Positions 34,594 to 40,827 of a stretch of 40,827 nucleotides of DNA are shown here, in pieces (within the stretch, counting starts at the first letter, position 1; each line of letters begins with the position of its first letter). Location of the stretch: positions 1 through 40,827 of the IMG/VR virus record IMGVR_UViG_3300032335_000453. One strand, 5' to 3'. The notes under the pieces were generated by a model that was not told where the DNA came from, did no database searches, and saw only the letters and a program-made list of their open reading frames with translations. This DNA comes from a virus (taxonomy: Duplodnaviria; Caudoviricetes). Both the position numbers and the translations under genes were made by a program.

Positions 34594-35411
34594 ACCAACC
34601 AAACACACAAACCAACGAGGTCGCAAGGCTCCGTTCTGAAATAACCTTGAGAGAAAATTTGGATGCAGTAGCGCAAGATGTTTGGGATGAGCTAAAAGCA
34701 GAGAACGCAAGGCTCAGGGAGCTTCTGAACCGAGCGATTGATATTGCGGATAAAGCTCTCGACTGCCTTATTCCTGTTTTTAGGGGAGAGCATGAAGAGC
34801 TTGAAGCTGAACTAAAACAACTCAAAGAAGAATCAACGCGCCTCGCCCCCGCGCCAGAAACAGTAACGCAAAAGGGGAGTCCCAATAAAGAGACCCCCCC
34901 CGGAACTACCCTCCGAAGCGAAGAGTATGTGCTTGCTGGCGATAAAAACCTAGAAGGCGAATTTAATACTGTCAAGGAACCCGCTCCCGAATGGCGAGAG
35001 CTTGGCCCTGACGAGGTGATCCGCAAGGGGGATGAGGAAATGCACAAAGATCAGACTATGTGGTTTATGTTTCCGGTTAACGACCGAGCGATAGGAACGA
35101 GAGCAGGGCTTTGGTCAAACTTCCGCTTCCGCACCCGCCGCCCGTTGCCAAAAAGTAAAGATCTTTCGGACAGAGAGGCTACAGAGAAGCAACCCGTAAA
35201 AAGTGGGGATCTAAATGAGGATCTTCCGTTGCCAAAGCAGGAGTTGCCGATGGATTATTGTGGTATCATGGAATACTGCAAAAAGTGGGCAAAGGAAAAT
35301 CTCATGGAGCATGAAAAAGAGGACTTTTACGCCCGTCTCGGCCTATTGGTTGACTTCGCCACCGACTTCTACAGCGACGAGATCGAAGCACTCAAGAAAA
35401 ACCAGAAATGA
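34590..35411 (+). CDS. mosaic modular hypothetical protein
   Basis: NEVARLR and NARLRE modules, WRELGPDEVIRKGDE module, in-frame inserts. Confidence 0.6.
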   Translation: MNQPNTQTNEVARLRSEITLRENLDAVAQDVWDELKAENARLRELLNRAIDIADKALDCLIPVFRGEHEELEAELKQLKEESTRLAPAPETVTQKGSPNKETPPGTTLRSEEYVLAGDKNLEGEFNTVKEPAPEWRELGPDEVIRKGDEEMHKDQTMWFMFPVNDRAIGTRAGLWSNFRFRTRRPLPKSKDLSDREATEKQPVKSGDLNEDLPLPKQELPMDYCGIMEYCKKWAKENLMEHEKEDFYARLGLLVDFATDFYSDEIEALKKNQK

Positions 35412-35749
35412 GAAAGTTCCACGCAAAAGGAAATACAACGCGCCGAGTGGCGGGTCAGATGAATAAAACTGAGCAAGCCTATGCCGCCTTGCTAGAAGAA
35501 CGGAAGAAGGCGGGAGAGATCCACCACTATCAGTTTGAGGCTATGGCATTAAAACTTGCCAAGTTGACAACTTACACTCCTGACTTTTTCGTAATCAATT
35601 CAGATGGCACAATTGAGTTTCACGAGGTAAAAGGGCATTGGATGGGGAATGGTCGTGTAAAAATAAAAGTAGCCGCAGAGAATCATCCGTGGTTCAGATT
35701 TGTGGCTATTCAGTACAAGAAAAAGACTTGGACTTACGAGGAGTTTTAA
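35408..35749 (+). CDS. PD-(D/E)XK endonuclease (DUF1064-like, possible resolvase)
   Basis: MNKTEQAYA...YTPDFFV...EFHEVKG. Confidence 0.8.
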   Translation: MRKFHAKGNTTRRVAGQMNKTEQAYAALLEERKKAGEIHHYQFEAMALKLAKLTTYTPDFFVINSDGTIEFHEVKGHWMGNGRVKIKVAAENHPWFRFVAIQYKKKTWTYEEF

Positions 35750-35750
35750 C

Positions 35751-36257
35751 ATGAACGAAGAACAATACGACGACAAATGTCCCTGCTGTGGGCGACTATA
35801 CGATGAGGAGCCTCCTAAAAAACGCAGGAAAGCCCCTGTAACTGACTTTGATGCCTTCTGGTCAGCCTACCCAAAGAAGATTGCCAAACCCTATTGCAAG
35901 GCCATTTGGGACAGGAAAGGCTTGACCCTAGATATGGTAATCCCAGCCCTGACCAAAGCCATTGCCAGCAGGGATTGGCAAAAGGACGGAGGACAATTCA
36001 TACCCAACCCTTCGACTTGGCTTAACCAAGGCAGATGGGAGGATGAGGGGCTAGACTACACCGCCCTAAAAGTAGAAAAGCCTACGATTACATCCCGACT
36101 TGGAGTGAATGAAGAAGAAGCATTTGCTTGGAGGGTAGAAATCTACCCCGAATCCATGCTAGTTCATCCCACCCCTGATACATTTCCATTCAAGGCTTGG
36201 CCTAAATCCACGCAACAAGAGTACCTTAACAGCATAACTAACCATAAAAGTGAATGA
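35751..36257 (+). CDS. replication-organizer C-terminal-domain-like protein
   Basis: FDAFWSAYPKK...WQKDGGQFIPNPSTWLNQGRWEDE. Confidence 0.7.
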   Translation: MNEEQYDDKCPCCGRLYDEEPPKKRRKAPVTDFDAFWSAYPKKIAKPYCKAIWDRKGLTLDMVIPALTKAIASRDWQKDGGQFIPNPSTWLNQGRWEDEGLDYTALKVEKPTITSRLGVNEEEAFAWRVEIYPESMLVHPTPDTFPFKAWPKSTQQEYLNSITNHKSE

Positions 36258-36280
36258 GCTACATCTATTTGCAGGAGCAG
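36250..36280 (+). pseudogene. stranded original 5' end of the C5 methyltransferase
   Basis: GTG AAT GAG CTA CAT CTA TTT GCA GGA GCA = MNELHLFAGA, matching MRELHLFAGA at 36811. Confidence 0.75.
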
Positions 36281-36308
36281 TTGACAATAAAACAAAATAG
36301 TGTATTAT
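36281..36308 (+). promoter_or_regulatory. promoter at the left edge of the endonuclease insertion
   Basis: TTGACA-16 nt-TATTAT begins at the first base after the duplicated GCAGGAGCAG. Confidence 0.65.
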
Positions 36309-36314
36309 TGAGGT

Positions 36315-36803
36315 ATGAAAAAATGCACTCGATGCCAAACGGAAAAAGAAAATTCGGAATTCAGAAAATCAACTCGCGGCCCATTGTCCTCATGGTGCAG
36401 ACAATGCGAGAGAGAATACCAACGAGAAATATACAAAAAAAACCCATTCAAACGGAAAGAGAGAGCGAATCGTTGGATGGAAAAATATGCAGTGGAATAC
36501 TCTGCGAAACGAAAAATAGAAAGGCAAAAATACTATGCTTCGGAAATTGCGAGAAAATACAAAATATCCAAACAAGAAGCTCAACGACTAATAGACACGG
36601 AAGGATCAATGTGCAAGGCGTGCGGAATTTGTTTCGATATGACGAAGCCTCTTCTTCGCAGAAATTTAGATCACTGTCACACAACAGGAAAAATACGAGG
36701 GTTTCTTTGCTCTCGATGTAACACAGTTGCAGGATTTGTAAACGATGAAACAGAAATACTTGAAAAAATATCAAACTACCTTAAAAAATGTATTACTACC
36801 TAA
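36315..36803 (+). CDS. endonuclease VII-family (HNH-like) homing endonuclease
   Basis: N-terminal CTRC...CRQC finger; CKACG...LDHCHTTGKIRGFLCSRCN. Confidence 0.88.
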   Translation: MKKCTRCQTEKENSEFRKSTRGPLSSWCRQCEREYQREIYKKNPFKRKERANRWMEKYAVEYSAKRKIERQKYYASEIARKYKISKQEAQRLIDTEGSMCKACGICFDMTKPLLRRNLDHCHTTGKIRGFLCSRCNTVAGFVNDETEILEKISNYLKKCITT

Positions 36804-37567
36804 ACGACCAATGCGAGAACTCCATCTCTTCGCAGGAGCAGGAGGGGGGATCTTGGGAGGAATGCTCCTCGGACACACCACAGTTTGTGCTGTGGAAATT
36901 GAACCTTATTGCCGACGAGTTTTGCTTCAAAGGCAACGAGATGGAATCCTGCCAAAGTTCCCAATCTGGGATGATGTCTGCACATTCGATGGGAAACCTT
37001 GGAGAGGAAAAGTTGACATCGTTGCAGGAGGATTCCCTTGCCAAGACCTATCAATTGCCAACCCTAAAGGCAAAGGACTTGATGGAGAACGATCAGGACT
37101 TTGGGCTGAACAAGCTAGAATTATTGGCGAGATATTGCCAAAATACGCATTCATTGAAAACTCGCCAAGGCTTGCTTTGGCAGGAGGGGTACGAGTCATT
37201 AGTGACCTTGCCGGAATGGGGTATGATTGTTCATGGGGAATTATGGGAAGTAGAGATGTTGGCCTTCCCATCAAGAGAGAAAGAATATGGATTCTTGCCA
37301 GCCCCAGTAGCCAGCGACGGCAAACATCACGGGAAAGAAAAGTGGATCAAAAACAGCAGATCAAAAAGAAAAGCGACTGGCAGATCAGCACCGACAGAGA
37401 AAATAACTTACGCATATTACGAAGCCGATATTCCTCCGAGGTACTTTCCAGAGATTTCCGAGGAGATGATGAGTTGGCCTCGCGGATGGACAGACTTACA
37501 GCCATTGGAAACGGACAAAATGCAGTCTTGGCGGCAACAGCATTCAAAATTCTTTCAGAATCATTAA
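36788..37567 (+). CDS. overlapping alternative-frame chain of the methyltransferase (beta-like; carries TRD and motif IX)
   Basis: 259-aa open frame over the whole MTase; LPAPVASD and PEISEEMMSWPRGWT resemble the TRD start and motif IX; true start uncertain. Confidence 0.7.
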   Translation: MYYYLNDQCENSISSQEQEGGSWEECSSDTPQFVLWKLNLIADEFCFKGNEMESCQSSQSGMMSAHSMGNLGEEKLTSLQEDSLAKTYQLPTLKAKDLMENDQDFGLNKLELLARYCQNTHSLKTRQGLLWQEGYESLVTLPEWGMIVHGELWEVEMLAFPSREKEYGFLPAPVASDGKHHGKEKWIKNSRSKRKATGRSAPTEKITYAYYEADIPPRYFPEISEEMMSWPRGWTDLQPLETDKMQSWRQQHSKFFQNH

Positions 37568-37575
37568 CTAAATAA
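36811..37575 (+). CDS. DNA (cytosine-5) methyltransferase, catalytic (alpha) chain
   Basis: Motif I LFAGAGG, IV GGFPCQDLS, VI FIENS, VIII KRERIWI, X RLTAIGNG; no motif IX visible. Confidence 0.9.
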   Translation: MRELHLFAGAGGGILGGMLLGHTTVCAVEIEPYCRRVLLQRQRDGILPKFPIWDDVCTFDGKPWRGKVDIVAGGFPCQDLSIANPKGKGLDGERSGLWAEQARIIGEILPKYAFIENSPRLALAGGVRVISDLAGMGYDCSWGIMGSRDVGLPIKRERIWILASPSSQRRQTSRERKVDQKQQIKKKSDWQISTDRENNLRILRSRYSSEVLSRDFRGDDELASRMDRLTAIGNGQNAVLAATAFKILSESLTK

Positions 37576-37583
37576 CCACGCAT

Positions 37584-37784
37584 ATGAGCATAGAAATAAA
37601 CATAGATAAGTTCACCGATTATCCAAAGGTAAACAAATTACTTAAAGATATTATGGATGAGAATAAATCACTCCAAAAGAAAGTATCCTATCTTGAATCA
37701 GTTCTATCCGAGATCCAAATTCTAAACTCTCTAGGAAAAACCCTAAAGATAAACGAGGCCATACAAGCAGCCATACAGGAATGA
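37584..37784 (+). CDS. small coiled-coil protein
   Basis: AACCAC leader; coupled to the next gene. Confidence 0.5.
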   Translation: MSIEINIDKFTDYPKVNKLLKDIMDENKSLQKKVSYLESVLSEIQILNSLGKTLKINEAIQAAIQE

Positions 37785-38065
37785 ACGAAGAAATAAAAAA
37801 GCTACTAGGAGATTTCCTTGTGGAGAAAACCCAATCAACCACTCCGCGATCAGATAAGTTTGGCGAGGAGTTGCGTCACAATTGGATAGAGAACCCTCAT
37901 TGGGAAGACACAGCGGCTTGCCATGATCTTTGCAAGACGATTGAAGGGCAACTTACAAGAGCAATTGATATTGCTGACGGAATCATGCAGTGGGAAACGC
38001 CAGCCCAAGCAAGGCAATCATCCAAAGACCTATCACAACTAAAGAAAGATATTAAGGAGAACTAA
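37781..38065 (+). CDS. hypothetical modular protein
   Basis: TPRSD...LCKTIEGQLTRAIDIAD; RAIDIAD is also in 34590..35411. Confidence 0.55.
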   Translation: MNEEIKKLLGDFLVEKTQSTTPRSDKFGEELRHNWIENPHWEDTAACHDLCKTIEGQLTRAIDIADGIMQWETPAQARQSSKDLSQLKKDIKEN

Positions 38066-38066
38066 T

Positions 38067-38243
38067 ATGCCCGATATATCAAAATGCCAGAATGCAGATT
38101 GCCCTTCATGCGGCGATTGCTGGAGGTACATTTGCAAAGCATCAGAGTATCAATACTACTCCGACTTCAAGCCAGAAGAAGGAGAAAACAAATGCGAATA
38201 CTTCATAGACACAACAGAGTGGATTAGCTGGCAAAAGAAATGA
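38067..38243 (+). CDS. small Cys-rich protein (58 aa, not in ORF track)
   Basis: MPDISKCQNADCPSCGDCWRY...KCEYF; AAGGAG upstream; ATGA coupling. Confidence 0.6.
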   Translation: MPDISKCQNADCPSCGDCWRYICKASEYQYYSDFKPEEGENKCEYFIDTTEWISWQKK

Positions 38244-38527
38244 AATCTTGCATTGACCATATATTAAAAGAGATCGGCCTAGAAACCCCTGATCTTGCTC
38301 CCATCAACAAGCATGAGGCATTTGAAATGGGACTAATCAAGGGGCGAGAAAAGTCAAAGAAAGGAGTATGCGGTAAATCCGTTTATTCATCCGCATCAAA
38401 TTGTGATGCCGCCATCAAGCACAGGCTTAAGCAGGGCTTTGGAGGAACTAGCTTTCTCCGATCATACTATTGCCAAGAATGTGCTGGATACCACATGTCA
38501 TCGTCTCATAACAAACTAAACAAATGA
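38240..38527 (+). CDS. zinc-finger-like protein
   Basis: CGKSVY...LRSYYCQECAGYHMSS. Confidence 0.6.
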   Translation: MKSCIDHILKEIGLETPDLAPINKHEAFEMGLIKGREKSKKGVCGKSVYSSASNCDAAIKHRLKQGFGGTSFLRSYYCQECAGYHMSSSHNKLNK

Positions 38528-38736
38528 ACCAACTATACTCCGTACTATTTGCTGGCTTAACTGCCACGCAACCCATCGTTCCACAGGTCTATTATGTAGC
38601 CAACCTATCTGCAACAGACGGAGCCAAATGCGGAGAGTATATCAGCGTTACTCCTCAATTTACTCAGCAACCTGAGTATCGCGTAACGCCACAAGTTATA
38701 CTGCCAACCATATCCCTAGATGACACAGAAGAGTAA
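38524..38736 (+). CDS. hypothetical protein
   Basis: ATGA-coupled. Confidence 0.45.
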   Translation: MNQLYSVLFAGLTATQPIVPQVYYVANLSATDGAKCGEYISVTPQFTQQPEYRVTPQVILPTISLDDTEE

Positions 38737-38935
38737 ACAACCAAAGACAAAGGCAGGATTGTATAAACACCGCTACGGGGTCACGCATAAGCATCCTAAT
38801 GGACAAGCCTATGATCAATCCCAATGCGGATGGATTGTGTATGAGGGCAAGACAAACACAAACTGGCAATGCTCACGCAAAAACGGATGCGGAACAAATG
38901 GTTTGTGGTGCGCTAGTCATGCCGCTAATTTGTAA
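38720..38935 (+). CDS. small Cys/His zinc-binding-like protein
   Basis: QC...WQCSRKNG...LWCASHA. Confidence 0.55.
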   Translation: MTQKSKQPKTKAGLYKHRYGVTHKHPNGQAYDQSQCGWIVYEGKTNTNWQCSRKNGCGTNGLWCASHAANL

Positions 38936-38938
38936 TTT

Positions 38939-39607
38939 ATGAGTGTTCCTGATTTTGTAGAAGAATATAAAGGCTATTGGTTGCTTAAGAACGATCAGTC
39001 TATATCCATGCAAGTTAAAAAGTTTGGCAAACTGGGATACGATAAAGACTTTATTGATTTGCCCGAACTAAATGCTATGCCAAAAAAGACGCTATGCATT
39101 GATGTCGGGGCATTCATTGGAGATACATCTAGGATATTCCTAGACAAAGGGTTTTCAGTTCTTGCTTGGGAACCTCAAGGAGATGCCGTTCAATGTTTAA
39201 GGCACAATTGTCCAGAAGCAACAACCATTCACTCGCCAGTAGGAGATGGAAGAAGTGTTCAAATATATCATTCCGAAGGGGGTAACATGGGGGGAAGACC
39301 AGTCCTTGAGGGGGGAGATAGAATATCTGCCAAGCTAGATCAGCATTATAAAAACTTCATTAAAGATAATGAGTGTATTTTCTTAAAGCTAGATGCTGAA
39401 GGATTTGAGCCAGCAATACTAGAAGGCTCAAAAGAACTGCTATCCAATCCTATACTCAAGCATATCGTTTGTGAGTTTAACCCTAATGCCCTAGCCAGCT
39501 TTGGATATACTTGCGACGACATTCTGAAATACCTTTCCGATTGGAATTACAGGGAAATCTTCCGTTACTACGACCAGAATTGGGATTGCGTATTTACCAG
39601 AAAGTAA
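38939..39607 (+). CDS. FkbM-family SAM-dependent methyltransferase
   Basis: IDVGAFIG, AWEP, FLKLDAEGFE and VCEFN motifs. Confidence 0.88.
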   Translation: MSVPDFVEEYKGYWLLKNDQSISMQVKKFGKLGYDKDFIDLPELNAMPKKTLCIDVGAFIGDTSRIFLDKGFSVLAWEPQGDAVQCLRHNCPEATTIHSPVGDGRSVQIYHSEGGNMGGRPVLEGGDRISAKLDQHYKNFIKDNECIFLKLDAEGFEPAILEGSKELLSNPILKHIVCEFNPNALASFGYTCDDILKYLSDWNYREIFRYYDQNWDCVFTRK

Positions 39608-39609
39608 TA

Positions 39610-40827
39610 TTAAGTTTTCAACTTACTAAAATCGGGACGCTTAAATTTGCCTTCATAGTTTAAATGCTCTATTTCCTCCAAGGGCATATTGCGTTTTTGC
39701 AACCAATCTCTAGCAAGCAAGCAGTTCCTTAAATTACTAGAATCACGATTAAGATTCCTTGGGTCTTCCCATCCAGAGGGGTGTCGTTCGTGATAGATGA
39801 GATTTTCTATCTCACGACCCCCAGCCAGCTTGTATAACTCACGAAGGACGCGATCCCAAGAGTGTCGCCCAAGAATCATGTCTGGAAATAATTCATGATT
39901 CTTCCTCCACCATCCAGCCCTCATGGCAAAGAAATCACATCCTGCATACTTGTTGCCCTTGGATATTTCTTCATCGGCCATTGGCTTATCTAGCCTTTTA
40001 AAGTCATTGCGATAAGCATAAGCAGGAAGAGTTCCCTGTATCCGCTGTAGGACATTTGTAGCTACACAAGTATCAGTATTGGTTAGGATCAAAACATCTG
40101 AATCATCCCTGCCCACACAAGCCAGACGCAACATATCTTTAATCATGGGAATGCGCTTTGTCTCATCAGGAACCATTTCGGCGGCTGTTCTTACAAAGCA
40201 GTTATCATCCAGCCCACAATCCACCCACCCGATCTTATCCCAAGTCTGTTTAGCTACATCATTACGCCTCTTCTCTTCTCCTGTAGCCCAAGGTGTTCTC
40301 TGGTAAACATGGATAATGTTTGGATGCTTTGGTGCTTTGGGAGGATTTCTGATTAGATCCAATATCCTAGTCACATCCCTTGGGAAATTCTTATAGCGTG
40401 TATAGGAAGCGTAGAATGGCCTAAATGCGGCTCCATGCCATAGGCTAGGGGAATCTGTCACAATAGCGTGAACAGGCTTTTCTGTGGCGTATGAGAGATG
40501 CAAAGGGCCACTATCAGTTGAGATGATTGCCGCAGTATTAGGGTGATCCATTATTCCAAGTAGATCATACATCCGTTCAGCCTTGATCTTGGTTAGGTCA
40601 ACAATATGAAAGTCTGGAAGGGAATGATTCAGAATCTCCCATAGCAGATCATTGTATTGAAAGGGCGACGAGAACCCTCCTGTGCTGACTACGATCCAAG
40701 GCTTGAAAGTAGGGATATACTTATATAGCCGTTTCTCTCTTTTCTTGTCCCTTTTATCGAATATCAGCTTTGGCTGTTTGGGCCATAGCTCCAGCTTGCC
40801 AGAAAGCCGAAAGCCGTCCTGCTGAAA
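39610..40827 (-). CDS. two-domain glycosyltransferase (GT9-like plus GT-A-like), 5'-truncated by the window edge
   Basis: IISTDSGPLHLSYATEKPV is the GT9-type motif; second domain has IPMIKDML...ILTNTDTC; frame stays open upstream of 40572 to 40827. Confidence 0.75.
   Translation of the reverse strand, partial: FQQDGFRLSGKLELWPKQPKLIFDKRDKKREKRLYKYIPTFKPWIVVSTGGFSSPFQYNDLLWEILNHSLPDFHIVDLTKIKAERMYDLLGIMDHPNTAAIISTDSGPLHLSYATEKPVHAIVTDSPSLWHGAAFRPFYASYTRYKNFPRDVTRILDLIRNPPKAPKHPNIIHVYQRTPWATGEEKRRNDVAKQTWDKIGWVDCGLDDNCFVRTAAEMVPDETKRIPMIKDMLRLACVGRDDSDVLILTNTDTCVATNVLQRIQGTLPAYAYRNDFKRLDKPMADEEISKGNKYAGCDFFAMRAGWWRKNHELFPDMILGRHSWDRVLRELYKLAGGREIENLIYHERHPSGWEDPRNLNRDSSNLRNCLLARDWLQKRNMPLEEIEHLNYEGKFKRPDFSKLKT

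Noticed and set aside
36254-36721. 155-aa ORF MSYIYLQEQ... as an independent gene
   Set aside because: Best explained as the stranded start of the MTase alternative frame reading into an off-frame of the endonuclease gene
36281-36810. Group I intron or intein interrupting the MTase
   Set aside because: The insert is almost entirely promoter plus ORF with no room for a ribozyme core, has an in-frame stop, and the downstream gene has its own duplicated start
1-40827. Stop-codon reassignment
   Set aside because: Large genes are intact in the standard code, coding density is high, and neither intact tRNA is a suppressor

Overview
This window is part of the genome of a tailed dsDNA phage with a podovirus-like head-tail set, cut inside genes at both edges. 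Positions 1-17042 (- strand) hold the virion module: portal, scaffold, major capsid, decoration and fibre genes, an embedded lysis cassette (holins, a muramidase and a candidate unimolecular spanin) and a tail-nozzle protein. The large terminase (17096-19027) is transcribed divergently on the + strand, and the small terminase lies 5.6 kb away on the - strand. Between them is an accessory region with a phosphoesterase, an HNH nuclease, an anti-TRAP-like zinc finger, tRNA-Gln, tRNA-Trp, a half tRNA, a tRNA-like element and chains of unexplained hairpins. From 25.6 kb (+ strand) come small early genes, a RecT-like/PD-(D/E)XK/SSB recombination module, shuffled modular genes and a replication-organizer-like protein. 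These are followed by an endonuclease VII-type gene inserted into a dual-frame C5 DNA methyltransferase, an FkbM methyltransferase and a truncated glycosyltransferase. I recognised no integrase, polymerase, primase or CRISPR array. The best leads are endonuclease insertions that repair the genes they interrupt, the anti-TRAP-like gene beside tRNA-Trp, the hairpin and ncRNA arrays at 22.4-23.5 kb, and a recurrent AACCAC motif upstream of start codons. All calls were made by eye; no searches were run.
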